This document shows, piece after piece, positions 24,486 to 38,385 of a DNA stretch of 64,000 nt (the first letter of the stretch is position 1; each line of letters begins with the position of its first letter). A program made the translations under genes and the position numbers. The stretch is taken from assembly GCA_031835245.2 (NCBI GenBank), contig JAVKOQ020000081.1, forward strand, positions 1-64,000. The letters are read 5' to 3'. The DNA comes from Balamuthia mandrillaris. Taxonomy: Eukaryota. The notes beneath the pieces are model-generated. The model was given only the letters and a program-made list of their open reading frames with translations. It ran no database searches and was not told where the DNA came from.

Positions 24486-26294
24486 ATGCCCAAAGAGTCC
24501 AAGGCCAAGGGGGTCCACCGGCATAAGCCGTTGGGCACAGAGATTGAGGAGGACAAAGAGCGAGCGGAGCGCGTGCAGCCTCGCGCCGCACAACGCACGA
24601 AAGCCCGGCGACAAGAGCGAAAGGCCAAACAATTAGAGAAAAGGGTAACGGGAAATGTGTTCTTGGGTGGAGTGATTGATTTTGCTTATTTTTTTTTCAG
24701 ACTTTTATAGATAAAACACTGAGTCAAAAAGCGTTAGCTTTGGCTCAGGAGCAACAAGCCGAAGAACGAAACGAAGAAAGGTATGTTTATTAGTGTTGCG
24801 AGAGGAAGCGATCAGGTTTTCTCACTGTCCTTCTTTTTAAAAAAAGACAAAACGCAACAAGACAATTTTTCCCCAGCAAAGATGAGGAGGAAGAACCGGA
24901 GGACGGAGGATGGGGCTCCGAAGACGAAGAGGAAGGAGAGGACTATGACGTGGAGGACATTGAACTGACGGAGGAGGACGCTCGTGCATTGCAAATGTGG
25001 ACAGGACCGCTGCAACCGCGACGCACTCTTGCCGACATTATCATGGAGAAAATCAAGGAACACGAAAAAGAGGGAGACGCCCCCATCGAACAGCGACTCG
25101 ACCCTAAAGTGGTGGAAGTCTACAAAGGGTTTGTCTCCTCTTTCATTTCTTTCCTTTTGCCTCTTTCGAGTTTCTTACTTTGTTGGTTGACCTTCTGTGC
25201 GTACTAGCGTGGGGCAAGTGCTTTCAAGATACAGAAGCGGGGCTATGCCCAAAGCTTTTAAGATTATCCCTTCGTTGTCCAACTGGGAGGAGATCCTGTA
25301 CCTAACAGACCCGGACCATTGGTCACCTCCTGCCGTGCGCATGGCCACCCGTATTTTTGCCTCTAACCTCAACGCCAAGATGGCACAACGGTACTGTTAC
25401 TGCAATTCCTCATTCGTCCTCTCTCTCTCTCCTCTCTCTCCCTTCTCGTGATGAAACTTTAGCCTTAGAGAATCGCGCCGCTGGCCGGTGATGATACCTT
25501 AATGTCATAGTTACACTGACTCTATCCGTCATTCTCCTCTATTTTCTCCTTTCTGCTTGGTCCTTCTTCAGTGCCGCTAATGCTTACAATTTTGTTTTTG
25601 TTTTGTGCTGTATGTTTGACGACAGATTCTATTCACTGATCTTATACCCACGAGTGAGGGATGACATCCAAGAACACAAAAAACTGAACTGGCACTTGTA
25701 TATGGCCCTCAAGAAGAGTGTCTTTAAACCAGCCGCCTTCTTTAAGGGCATCATTTTGCCACTGTGCGAGGTGCGTTGTTGTTGTCTTCATTGCATCTTT
25801 ACATATAACCGGGCCGGTCACTGATATTTGACCAACAGGCAGGAGATTGCACACTCAGAGAAGCAACCATCATTGGAAGTGTTGTGGTGAAGGTATCCAT
25901 CCCTGCACTACACTCGGCGGTGGCACTGCTCAAACTGGCAGAGATGGACTACTCTGGCGCCAACAGTATCTTCATCCGGATCTTATTGGACAAGAAGTAC
26001 AATCTGCCGTACCGCGTCATCGACTCGCTCGTTCGGCACTTTATGCGCTTCTTCGAGGAAGAAAGGGAGCTGCCAGTTCTTTGGCATCAAGCCCTTCTTG
26101 TATTTGTGCAGCGATATAAGGAGGATCTCACCCCGCAACAGAAGAAACAATTGAAGCGGCTAATCAAGACCAAGAACCATCGTGTCATCTCTCCCGAAAT
26201 TCACCGCGAGTTGGTCAACTCGAGAAGCAGGGGCGAGGCTGCCCCTTCTCCTTCTGCAGCTGCTGGTGGCAGTGGCATGGTCATTGCTTCTTAA
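24486..26294 (+). CDS. BYSL: Bystin / Enp1 (40S ribosome biogenesis factor)
   Basis: [58 protein letters not shown] and [17 protein letters not shown] motifs. Confidence 0.96.
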
Positions 26295-26339
26295 CAAGGG
26301 TAGCTTTTTTTAAATATTTGCTCTTTTTTTATTCCCGTG

Positions 26340-28173
26340 TCACCCAAAAACGCTGGTAGGTTCCCACTTGGCACGGTGGCTATGGTAGGCGGAGAGTCGA
26401 AGGTACGGATTGCCATTTGCACGGAGGTGTTCCGTGATGATGTCCTGCAGCCCCGCAGATACTTTGCCTGGCACACGCAACCGACGGAGCCGCGGACAGC
26501 CTTTCACCAGCGCATCAAACCCTTCATCCGTTATTGTGTCAGCGGCGGTGGTTGCTTCGCTCCCGCCCTCCCCGTCTTTCTCGAATAGATGGTTGTGTGC
26601 GGATGCCTTGCCGTAGGCGGGGAGCAGAAACAGCTCGTTTAGGTTGGGGCAATGTGCGGCTATTTGCTGCAGGATGTTGTTCGTCATGAAGTTATGGTTT
26701 GGGCTTGCTTGTGCTCCTGCTTCTTCTTCTTCTTCACCCTCTCTTAGGCATAGCTTCTGTAGCAGGGGGCAGGCAGAGAGCATGCGTGAAAGCCCTCTCT
26801 CTGAGACTACTACCGGCTCCAAAAATAACTTGCGAAGGCTACAGAAACTATCCTCGCCGCCACTGCTGTCGCTGCTAAGAAGGAAGGCCTGCAGAATGGC
26901 GTCCGTTAATGGCTTGCCACAAAGTTCAAGTCTCAGCTTCTCCATACGACGGCAGTCCAGCGCGGCAAAGAGGGCAACGAAGGCCCTCTCCTCGATCTCC
27001 TGCGAGCAGCACAGCTCCAACTTACGTAGGTTGGGGCAGTGAATGCCCAACAGGGAGATTCCTCGCTGCGTTAGGTCCGCATTCCTCAAAGCCAAGTCGG
27101 TTATTCTCCAACCCAGCATTTGATGTTGTCGTTCCTTCTTCTTTCTCTCCTCTCCCCTCGCCTTGATACTTGTCCCGGCTTCTTTCTCTTCTACCTCTGC
27201 GTCTGCTGTTCCTTGTGGGCACACCAAAGCAGCAAGATGGTCGTCGGAGAAGCGCTCTCTGGCTCGAAGGCAGGCCACCACGCCCAACCTGGAGAGCCGC
27301 GTCAGCCGCTCACCTATGGAGCGCATGACGGCCACATCCGCAGCGGTCATCTGCAAATAGCTGCCCCATCGCAGCGTCCTGAGCTCGGTGCAGTAGGTGG
27401 CCACGTACTGCAGGCTTTGCTCCCAGGGCACGAAGCGGTAGTCGTCAAAGCAGCCCACTTTCAGGGTCTTGAGGTGAGGCCCTAACTCCTGGAACAGAAC
27501 AAGGTTCTCCTCGTCGCCGAGAGAGCGACAGCCCCGCAGGTCCAACGTGTGCAGGTGTCCTTTCCACCGCGTTAGTAGCCTCACTAATGCCTATTGTCTC
27601 CAATAATCGGATGAGAATAGACCAAGCAAGAGGAGAGGGAGAGCGAGAGAGAAGAGAGCAGGGAGCAACAAGAGACCTTGGAGTTAACGAAAAAGTCGTT
27701 CGTGGCAAACTTGAAGTGCCTGACGTTGGTGTAGCGAATCTGCTCCATAAGCCTCCGCGACTCTGCCCTAAAGTAAGTATGCTTCACACTTCGATTAAAA
27801 CCCATCTTGATAAAATACAGATCTAAAACTTTCTGATAAGATGCGTTACATGATTGCGGTGTGGCCCCTTGCCGCGTAAAATGTTCAACGAGTTCAGCGT
27901 GGGGCTCAAGTCGACCGCCTTCCAACAGTGCTGGTAGATCAAGTCCCTCCAGTAGTGGCAGGTGCAGGCCATGTTGCCCAGCGTGCTGGCCGGCATGCTC
28001 TCTAGGAGCAGCACCACCAGGTCCATCGGCAGTTCGGCAAGGAGACCTATCTTGTCTTTGTTGTTGATGCTGTTGTTGCGGTCTTGTTCGCATGTCGCGT
28101 CTCCCTTTTGCTCCTCCCTCTCCTCCCCAGTCGAAGCATTACCGCCCTGCTTCTCTTCCTCTTCCTTCTCCAT
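26340..28173 (-). CDS. F-box/LRR-repeat (FBXL-like) protein
   Basis: LAELPMDLVVLLLESMP...MACTCHYWRDL F-box, followed by cysteine-containing LRRs (HCPNLRKLELCC, GCPRLRRLRV). Confidence 0.85.
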
Positions 28174-28469
28174 TTCCTTTTTTTTTGTCCTTTTTTTTTT
28201 CTTTCTCTGAAGTGGAGAGAGAGAGAGAGAGAGAGAGAGAGGAAGAAGAAAAGAAAGGAGAGAGACGAAGAAGAAAAGAAAGAAGAGAGACGAAGAAGAA
28301 GAAAAAGAAGAAGAAAGGAGGGAGCAAGAAAGCTTGGTGTATACAAAAAAATGAGTTATGTCTTGTTATCAAAAACTCGTTATTGTGGCCATCTGTTGGA
28401 GGATAGGTTATTGTTGTGGATATTGTTGCGGTGGTTGTTACATTTGGTTTGGTTCGTTGTTTGAGGTGT

Positions 28470-29641
28470 TTAAAACGTGATGACCACTTCTTTCTTGAAT
28501 CCGTTGAGGGTGGCCGTTATCTTGGGTTCCGCCAGAGCAAACTCCTTGAACTCTTCGAAAGAAAGCTTTCCATCTCCTATTTTTCATTTTTGTTAACAGA
28601 AGAAAGGCAATGTGAGAGAGAGAGAGAGAGAGAGAGAGAACTATAAAGAGAAGCAGTGACAAGAGAAGGGAAGAGGAAAAATACCATTGGCGTCCAATGT
28701 CTCAAAAGCATTATCTGCAAAGAGGCCGGCCATTTCCTCAGAGAACTCGTTGAGGTCGTCTGTGCTCAGTTCTTCCGTGCTGTGAGTGCTGCAAAGAGCC
28801 TTGAAGCCGGCGATCCAGGCCTGTTTGAACATAAGGGATAACTCATCTTTGGTGATGTAACCATTACCGTCCAAGTCATAGGCCTGGAAGGACACTTTAA
28901 AAGAATGAGAATGTTAGTCTTCGCTGAAAGCTAGAGCCAAACAGGCGCGAGAATGAGAGAACAAAAGAGCAAGAAGAACATACATCGCAATTTCTCTTCG
29001 GGAGTACCCTTGCAAAGGAAGGAAAGGCCGCTGATGAATTCCTGAAGGTCAACCACGCCATCCCCGTTCAGATCCAGCAGGTCAAAGAGGCGGTCGGGAA
29101 ACGGCGTGTCGTCCATCTTCTTGAGGCCGGCCGCTTCCAGCAAGTCAAGGGCCTCCCTGAAGGCCGGTTTGTCTAACTTGCCATCTGTGGCGCATTGTTG
29201 GAACGTCTCAAACAACTTTTTGACCTCCACCTTGTCGACTAGCAATGTGGTGTGAGCGTTTTTTGGTGTGCTTCAATCATAATGGAAGAAAAAAACATAA
29301 TGATGATTGGGGAGAGGGGGAAAAAAGACGTACAGTGTGTTTCTTCTTGCAAATTCTTGGCGAGTGTTGGGTCGATAGTTCCATCTACAAACCAAAAGAA
29401 ATAAGATATAAAGCCGAAAGTCAAAAAAATCCTCCTCCTCCAACCCCAAACGAGTTTTAAACGATAAGACTTTTTTTTTGCAACAAAGGAAGAACGAGGC
29501 AAGTCTATCTATCTTCATACTACGGTGCGCCAAAACAAAAAAAAAAACAACAAGAAGAGAACGAAAGCGCAAACAAACAAACGTACACTTTTTGTTGGGC
29601 TTTTTGTTGCTCTTTTTCTCTGCGGTGGCCTTGTTACCCAT
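28470..29641 (-). CDS. N-myristoylated EF-hand calcium sensor (NCS-1/calcineurin-B-like)
   Basis: MGNKAT N-terminus; EF-hand loops DLNGDGVVDLQE, DLDGNGYITKDE and DANGDGKLSFEE; GTPEEKL linker. Confidence 0.9.
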
Positions 29642-30264
29642 TTTATTTTTCTTCTTCTTCTTCTGCTACTGCAAACGCTACTACTGCTGCTGCTTTGTGG
29701 GTTGGCGGCGGTGGTTATGCGACAAGTCAAAAGTTTCTTTGCTTCTCTTCTTCTTCTCCCCCCTTTCAACTTTCCCTTTGGGTATTTTTTTTGATCCCTC
29801 TTAAATTTTTTTTTGAATGGAAAAAATTGTTCAGGAAAAAATCGATAAATGAAAAAAAAAATAACCGAGAGAGAGAAGCGGGCGAAGTGAAGAGTTTTCC
29901 AAAAGTTGTGGCGAAAACAAAAAAAAAAGAATTTCCAATTATTGTCGATCCATTGGCACGCGCACTACTAAGCCCTGGCGAGGTCTTGCTATGACAGACG
30001 CCCGAGGAAAAAATCGTACCTTGAGGTAGGTAAGGTCGACACGGACGAAGAGGTTAGCCACGTCAGCGAAATTCTCCGTGCACGAGGAGCAAATTTAAAA
30101 ATATCGCCGCGTTTCTTCTTTTTTGTTTTTCTTTATTGTTACAAACAAAGAGGACTTTTGCTCTCGTTTGCTGGTTCCTTCTCTCTCCACACTTTCTTTT
30201 TTTTTCTTTCTCCTCCTGGCCGCAGGTCGCTTGGTACTCTCTCTTCTCCTTGTTTTTTTCCCCC

Positions 30265-30296
<32 letters not shown>

Positions 30297-30421
30297 CTCA
30301 TCATTTTGATATAGAAAAACCATAACTTACTTTATTTATTTTTTCTGCTACCGTTTTTTTTGTATACCTGCTGTTTTTTTTTAGCTTTTACAAGTCTTAA
30401 ACGAACACTCACCCCAACAAC

Positions 30422-30915
30422 ATGGAAGGCGCCTTTCAGAAGATCAAGGTTGAAAACGAGGTGGTTGAGCTTGACGGTGATGAAATGACCAGGTAACCTT
30501 TGCTTTTTAAGAGAGGAAAAAAATGTTAATCTTTATCACTGATGCTCTGCCAACGTACCAAAAAAAAAAAAAATAGAGTCATCTGGCAAATGATCAAGGA
30601 CAAGGTATAACCTCCTTTCCGAGCGAAGCTCTTTTCCACACCGCCGCCCTCAGCGTTCCCTTCGCCGCTTGCCGCGTGTGTTACAAGTTTTTGTGCAACT
30701 GACGACTTTATTATTATTGTACTTTCTATATAGCTCATCTTGCCCTACCTCGACCTGAAGATCAAGTACTTTGACCTGGGCCTGCCCTACCGTGACCAGA
30801 CCAACGATCAGGTGACCATTGAGGCCGCTGAGGCCATCAAGGCCTGCGGAGTGGGCATCAAGTGCGCCACCATTACTCCTGACGAGCAGCGCGTGGAGGG
30901 TTGGTTTCTCTTTCA

Positions 30916-30951
<36 letters not shown>

Positions 30952-32073
30952 TCTTTTAGCCGTAGACTTACTTCCTTTCTTGTTCTTCATTAGAGTTTGG
31001 CTTGAAGGAGATGTGGAAGTCCCCTAATGGGTACCCTATCTACTTTAGTTTTTCGATGCTTTGCTTGCTATCGACCTAGTGACCAACATTTTTTCACACA
31101 AATACTTATACAGAACCATCCGTAACATTCTTGGAGGAACAATCTTCCGTGAGGCCATCATTTGCAAGAATGTGCCTCGCCTCGTGCCTGGCTGGACCAC
31201 TCCCATCGTGGTGGGCAGACATGCCTTTGGCGACCAGTACCGTGCCACCGACTTTGTGGTGAAGGGCAAGGGCAAGTTCCAACTGGTCTTCACCCCCGAG
31301 GACGGCAGCCCTCAGCAAGTCTACAACGTCTTCGACTTCCCTGAGGATGGTGGTGTGGCCATGGGCATGTACAACACAGACGAGTCCATCAAGGGCTTTG
31401 CTCACAGCTGCATGAACTTTGCTTTGGACAAGAAGTGGCCGCTCTATCTCAGCACCAAGAACACTATCCTCAAGAGGTACGACGGACGCTTCAAGGACAT
31501 CTTCCAGGAGATCTACGAGCGGTACGTCTTTGATCTTTTTCTACTTTAAACACAATGGTGATGACATACTTATTATTCGTTCAATAATTTTTTAACGAAT
31601 ACAACAGTGACTACAAGGCTAAGTTCGAGGCTGCTGGCATCTGGTACGAGCACCGTCTCATCGACGACATGGTGGCCTACTGCCTCAAGAGCCCTGGTGG
31701 ATTTGTGTGGGCCTGCAAGAACTACGACGGAGACGTGCAGTCCGACAGCGTGGCGCAGGGATTTGGCTCCCTCGGCATGATGACCTCCGTGCTGCTCACC
31801 CCCGATGGCAAGACCATGGAGGCAGAGGCCGCCCACGGCACTGTCACTCGCCACTTCCGCGAGCACCAGGCCGGCCGCAAGACCAGCACCAACCCCATTG
31901 CCAGCATCTTTGCCTGGACGAGGGGCTTGGCGTGGAGGGCCAAGCTTGACAACAACGAGCCCCTCGCTGAGTTTTGCAAGGCCTTGGAGGAGGTCTGCAT
32001 CGCTACCATTGAGTCTGGAGCTATGACCAAGGATCTTGCCCTTTGTGTCCGTGGCTCTCTTGATAAGTTCGTA

Positions 32074-32111
<38 letters not shown>

Positions 32112-32247
32112 GTAATGCGTTGCTCGTCTCTTTATCTCTGTAACAAACAGGGTGAAACCTGGAGACTACCTCCACACGGAAGACTTTTTGAGCAAGTTGG
32201 CGGAGAACCTGGAGGCCAGAATGAAGGCCTTCCGTGCCAAGTTCTAA
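30422..32247 (+). CDS. IDH: NADP-dependent isocitrate dehydrogenase, ending in PTS1-like AKF
   Basis: [58 protein letters not shown] and [12 protein letters not shown] motifs. Confidence 0.97.
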
Positions 32248-32543
32248 ATCTTGGTGTCGTTTGTACTAGCAAATACATGATAGTCACTTTAACGAACTTC
32301 TCTCTGTCTCTCTCTGTCTCTCTCTCTCTCTCTTCGCTGCACTAACATGCAAAAAAGTGTTAACAGCTTTGCAGTGTAGATCTTTGCTTTTTGCTCTGCA
32401 GCGAATTCTCCTACCAAAAAGCAAAGAGCTACACCGCAAAGCTGCCATCTGGTTGTTTATAGACATAAAAGAAAGTGAAGGATGGGCAAAAAAAAAAAAA
32501 CAAGACACAGCCATGTGAAACAAAAAAAAAAAGGAGACAACTT

Positions 32544-33562
32544 TTACTGTTTGGGAGAAGATAAACTGGAGCTGAGTCCACCAGTGATGCCTTTCTTCTT
32601 TTTCTCCGCCGATCCGTCTTGTTGCTGAGGAGAAGCTTTCACGTTAAACCTGTAAGGAGCTGCAGATGCAGAAGTGGTTTCCTTGCTGAGCTTCTCGTCA
32701 AGGTGCTCGCTGATGCTCTTGGGAGGAACCACTCGCTTGCCTTCCTCCTCTCTTCTCCGCTTCATCTCCTCCTGCCACCACAGCGGGCCGCTGTCCTCCT
32801 TCGTGGCGCGTTCGTGCTCCTCCCTCATCATGGTCTTCTGCGCATGACCAAAGTGCTTGCGCTTGAGGTTCCAGGGCCGCCTGCTCACCCGCCGTCTGCT
32901 GATTAGGTACTCAAACTCCTCCTTGGCCTTTTGGTCCTCCTCGGAGAGAGGGGGCGGCTCCGTGAATTGGCTCAGTCGGTCAAAGACGATGTGGCGGGGA
33001 TAGTCCGTGGTGGGGTGCGTCACCAGCTGGTGTGGCTTTACTTTGATCACTTCTTTCTCATCCAATAGCTAACCAAACGAAAAGAATTGAGTGAGCAGAA
33101 CAGAATACAAGCAGCATCGCAACAAAAACAAAAAAAAAGGAAAGCAGAAGAACAAGAGGAAGAACAAGAAGAAGGAGAAGGAGAACAAGAACAAGAGAAC
33201 ACAAGGAAAGCGAAGAAGAAGATGAACATAAAGCAGAAGGAGAAGGAGAGGAGAAGGAGAAGGAGAAGGAGAAGGAGAAGGAGAAGGAGAAGGAGAAGGA
33301 GAAGGAGAAGGAGAAGGAGAAGGAGAAGGAGAAGGAGAAGGAGAAGGAGGGAATATACTACAAGATTGTATTCACGCCACATGAAACCGCCGCGGCTCCT
33401 GTAGCTCACCAGTTCTCGCAAAGGCAGCAGAAGAGGGATGTCTGGTTGGCCCAAGCCCGCTCGGATGACACCCGGAATGAGGCCTTTCTTTCTGTACTGC
33501 TCACAGTGAATTTTACCAGACTCAATCTTGGAGTAGGCCTCAACCCAGTCTCTCGCAGCCAT
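32544..33562 (-). CDS. Ribosomal protein bL25-like (probably mitochondrial) with C-terminal extension
   Basis: Spliced GKIHCEQYRKKGLIPGVIRA...FMWREYNLV|LLDEKEVIKVKPHQLVTHPTTDYPRHIVF resembles the L25 pattern GKxxxRxLRxxGxIPAVIYG...VxxxxxQxHPxxxxxxHVDF. Confidence 0.6.
33237..33348. repeat. (GAGAAG)n hexamer microsatellite inside an intron
   Basis: Direct reading; it generates spurious poly-R and poly-L ORFs. Confidence 0.95.
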
Positions 33563-34189
33563 GCTGTTGTATTTTTAACGTAAGCAGTGTTCGAATCGAT
33601 TCAATTAAGAGTCACGGCTGAGAACTAGAAAAGGTTTGTTCCAACAAAAAAACGTACTGAGGCACGATGCGAGAGAGCACAGCGGATTTCCTAGCATGAT
33701 CCGACAGCCCCCATCGCCAAAGGTGGTCGTAGCCAACCGGTCGGCTCGACTTCATCTTCTCTCTCTCTCTCGCTACTCTCCGCCTCCCTTTTATTTTTGC
33801 CTGAGGGGGCTAATAAATTCTTTGCATTCCTTGAATTGCACCCTGAAGTCATTCACAGCACCATTTGACCAGGGGACAGGAACATGTTCTAATAGGTTAG
33901 GCAAGTAAATAGGGAAACGTCATAGGTTGTACGAAAACAAAAAAGAAAAAATATTTGGCGAAAAAGGTAGCAGCGGCGAGTGGCACTGGTTGTTTTGGCC
34001 TCTGGGAGAGAGGAGAAAGGTATGCTTCTTGCTTCTTGCTTCTTCTTCCCCTACTTTTTTTTTTTGCTTTTTTATTTGTCGCCTCTTGTTGTGTGCTGCT
34101 CTTCTATGTCTTTAAACATGTATTGGTTTTTTTTAAAAAAAAATTATGTAACGCGAAAATCCACAAAGGGAAGAGAGGGAAACAAAAAA

Positions 34190-34994
34190 ATGTTTTCAAA
34201 GAGAGGTGCTTCCAATGAGAGTGCGCCTCCCGCCTCTCCTTCCCCGTTTGTCTCGGCAAGAATGCTGGAGCTGCGCTCCGAGATTGAGCGGCTGAACGAG
34301 GCCCTCCACGACCAGCTGGACCTCCTCCAGGCCCACTGCCAAAAGCTCATCGACCAGAAATTCGGCAGCGAGGCGTTGCTCGACCAGTTGGAGGAGCTCG
34401 AGAAGAAGGAGGCCGAGCTTCAGTCCCAGCTGGTGACCGCCATCAAGGATCTCCTCGTGGCCACACAAGAAACGCGCAAGTCCGTCCTTCAGGACGCCCA
34501 AAACCAACTGACCTCCTCTTACGACTCCTCTTCTTCTGATTCTTCTTTCAGTTCTTCCTCTTCCTCCAATTCTTCTTCGATGGTTTCCAACAGCCTTTTA
34601 TCGCGCACTTCTGACCTGCTCTCCAACTCGGTGGGCGTCAACCTCAGCCAGATCAGCACGCAGATCTATCGCGGTGGCAGCACTCGCACCGCCCTCAAGA
34701 GCAAGCGCGGCGACAACCCCTTTATGCGCTCCGGCTCGGGAGGAGCCTCAGGAGGAGGAGAGGAGGAGAATGGTGGCAGCCTGCTTCATGACATATCGAC
34801 GTGGGAGCTGCAGAGAGGAGAGATCAATGTCCTGCCGGAGCTTCTTGGAAAGGGCAGCTTTGGCTGCGTAAATAAGGGCCTGTTGAGGGGCAAGCATGTG
34901 GCCGTTAAGACCATCACCCCCAACTGGGCTTCTGACAAGGAGGTCATGGAGGTACTTGATGACTTTAGGAACGAGTGCGCTGTCATGAGGTTGG

Positions 34995-35029
<35 letters not shown>

Positions 35030-35330
35030 TCCTCCCTCTCTCTCTCTCTCTCTCTTGTTGCTAAATAAAACAAGCTAATTAACAAATCGTGTTTTTAAAA
35101 AAAGCAAAGCGTTACATCCAAACGTATTGCTGTTAATGGGAGTATGTATAGAGCAGGATCAAGAACAAAGCAAGCTGTTGATGGTGACAGAGTTGATGCC
35201 AAATGGCAGCGTCCACAGTCTCATCCATAATCCGAAGAACAAGATACCTTTCAAACGGAGGATCCGGTTCGCCAAAGATACAGCCCTTGGCATGAACTAT
35301 CTGCATCTTTCTACTCCTCAGATCATGTAA

Positions 35331-35362
<32 letters not shown>

Positions 35363-37046
35363 TCTGTGCAGCCGTTTAGGATAACACAACATTTAAAAAA
35401 AGGCATCTTGACTTGAAAACTCAAAATCTGCTCGTTGACGCTCACTATGTGGCCAAAGTAGCTGGTACTTACCAACCTTCTTTTATTTTGTTGTCACTGT
35501 AAACCTAACCTCTTTTTAACGACCAATTTACAGACTTTGGGTTGAGTCGGGTGAAGAAGGCCGGAAGCAACAAAGGAGCAACTGGCTCTCCTCTTTACAT
35601 GGCTCCGGAAGTTTTGGCAGATAAGCCCTATGATGAAAAAGCGGATGTTTATAGGTACGCTACATTCTCTATCACGAGGATGTATTTTTTCCATCGCTTC
35701 TCACAATTCATTGTGCCTTATTTTGTTCTCTTCGTTCAGTTTTGGAATAGTGTTGTGGGAACTCGTCACACAACAAAAGCCTTTCAAAGAAGAAGCCTTT
35801 GAGACTTTAGAGGGTATCAATGTTTTTGCTCTATTCTGCATTTTTCTTTAGTCTCTGCTAAATCTCTCTCTCTCTCTCTCTCGCTCTCCACAGACATATT
35901 TCAACATGTTGTTATTGACGGAGACCGACCTGAAATACCGGCAGCATGTCCTCCTAAACTTGCAGAGCTTATTAAAAAGTGTTGGCATGCTGACCCACAA
36001 GTGCGGCCTTCTTTTCAAGCAATACTGGAAAGCAAAATACTTGATGATGGTTTGTTAGAATACCCATGAATTGAAGAGAGAAACGCAGAAAGTACAAAAG
36101 AAGAGCGGTAACATTGAAAACTTAACCCCTTTTCTCCGATTTTTTTCCTGCATCGGTGCAGTGATTGTGGATGCAATGATAAGCGATGTAAACGCGGAGG
36201 CCAGAGAGTTCTGGAAAGAAAAGTTCACTTCCAAAGAAGCCATTCCGGAGGATTCCGTAGACTGGAAAGTCTTTGCAAAGGGCCTTGTCGAGTTTCTTGA
36301 GTTGGAATACCCGCAAGGCACTGTGCTTGATAACGTGCTAGAGTTCAAAGTTCTTCGCCTTTGTTTAGGTTTGATTTCCTCCCTGCTCTCTGCTCTCTTT
36401 TTATGCGCACATTAATACTTCTTTTCTTCAAAGCTGATAAGCAGGACAAAGTTACACTGGAAAACTTTGCAGCAGTAATTGAATGGTTTGGACCGTTCAC
36501 CAAAAAGAAGAGTGAGAAAACTGGGGCCAACCTGTTCCTAGCAAACATGATGACCATTGCCTCTCTTGGGTTCCGTTCTCTCTCATTCTCTTTGTTGTTT
36601 CTCTGTCTAACCTATGCTTTTTTTTTAAAAAAAAGAGGTTTCTGGGGAGATATATCCAGCCAGCATGCAGAGGTAAAGATGGCTGGCCAGAAGCCAGGCT
36701 ATTACATGATTCGGTTCAGCTCGCAACAACCAGGCTACTTTACCATCAGTGCCATGAGCAAGGACAACACTCTGAAGCACTTTCGAATTAAGCACAGAGC
36801 AGGCCTCAATTTTCTTTTGGGCAATTCAGAGTATCCCAGCATCAAGGCTCTCCTCAGGAAACACAAAGATGATCTGTATCTCAAGGTTTGTTCTCTCTCT
36901 CTCTCTCTCTCTCTTGGCTTCAAGTTGGCTAACAGTTTCTTTTTCTTCAAATGAAGCACGCTGTCAAAGGATCTCCTTATGCTCAGCTCTTCTTGCATCA
37001 CGACGAAGGCCCTCAGTCAGCCTACGTTGAGATGCTTTTAACTTGA
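34190..37046 (+). CDS. SHK-type kinase: coiled coil + TKL kinase + C-terminal SH2 domain
   Basis: LGKGSFGCV, VAVKT, HLDLKTQNLL, DFGLSR and GSPLYMAPE, then SH2 FWGDISSQHAEVKMAGQKPGYYMIRFSSQQPGYFTIS...HFRI. This is the architecture of the Dictyostelium Shk family. Confidence 0.88.
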
Positions 37047-37331
37047 TGGATCGCAGTAGAAGCTTTTATATGACTATTTTCCCAAAAAGAAAAAAATTGC
37101 ACCCGCTCCCCCTTCAATAGTGGTTCCTATATCACTCCTCTCTATTGAAGAAACCGTTTGCACTTTTTCCATCTCCTCTCGCCCCGTTCTTTCCACGCAG
37201 GAATGCCTCCTCCACTCTGTTACAGCAACGAAGTTCGGTCAGAGGGCCTTCTGGTTAAGGCCTTCGACGAAGCGAAGGCTCAAAAATTGGTTTTTTTGTT
37301 TGTTTTTTTTGTTTACGCAGTTTACATTTTT

Positions 37332-38346
37332 TCAATCTTCTTCTTGTTTTGTTTCGATGATACGTTGCGTTTCATCCAAAGCTACCGTCGTTGTGATGGT
37401 TGGTGTCGCAACAGTAATAGACGACCGACGCGATCCGCTCTCATCATTCATGCTCCTTCTTCGGGTTGCTCTCTCCGCGTCATCTCTTTCTTTTCTTTTC
37501 GCTGGAATGATCGACGAGGAGGAAGAACATGCGTCGTGTTCAGCAGAGTTGGGAGAGAGTCGTGGAGAGGCTAAAGCCGCTTGAGCTTCCAAAATGCCTT
37601 CTAAAGAGCCTTTCACTTGTTGCGCTATGCGGAAGGAATCTCTTTTCTTGACCAAACGGTCAAAGTTGGCCTGGAAGGCGTCCATCCATTCCTTCTTCTC
37701 CTCAGCGCTGCTGGCTTGAAAACAGAAACGGAAACGAGAGGTTTGAATCATGATGACAGGGATGTAAGCCTGGTCTCCTTGCACGTTCGTCTCTCGTTTC
37801 GCTGCAACCTCACGCAAGGAGGCGCCGGCCAGGAAGAAGTGAAACTGGTACAGATATCGCTTTTCTTTCTTGGCGAAACCAAACTTGGATTGGGCGTTGA
37901 TAGTGCCTATGAATAAGTCTACAAGAAGAGAACGACGAAAGAATAAAGTAAGAATGGTGAGTGGAAGGGAAAGAGGGGAAGCAGAAGAGGATGATGACTT
38001 ACCGTTGAAAAGGAAACAATAAACGTCCTCTGCTTGCCGTCCTTTGTTTGTCAACAGTTTGAGTTTGCCACTATAGGAGCGCAATATGCAAAGAGAGAAG
38101 AAACATATGTTAGCAGACAAGAGAGAGAAGAACGAAGGAGAGTTTTTTTTTTAAAAAAAAAGCAAACCTCTTTGAAAGTCTGCGATGAGGCACCACCAAA
38201 TTGCCATCGAATATTTGAGTGGGCTCCGCAGATTGATGATGGCTGAGCGCTGGGGAGTTTGGGGCCGACATAGAAGTAGGTCTGGAGTCATCCGCATTCA
38301 TAACTTTGTCATCTATACAAAAAGAGGGTTGTTAATGAGAGGAAGT

Positions 38347-38385
<39 letters not shown>

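Noticed and set aside
33087..33404. Poly-Arg ORF, and similar RE/SL/GE-repeat ORFs at 38700, 39194 and 45085
   Set aside because: Translations of intronic microsatellites.
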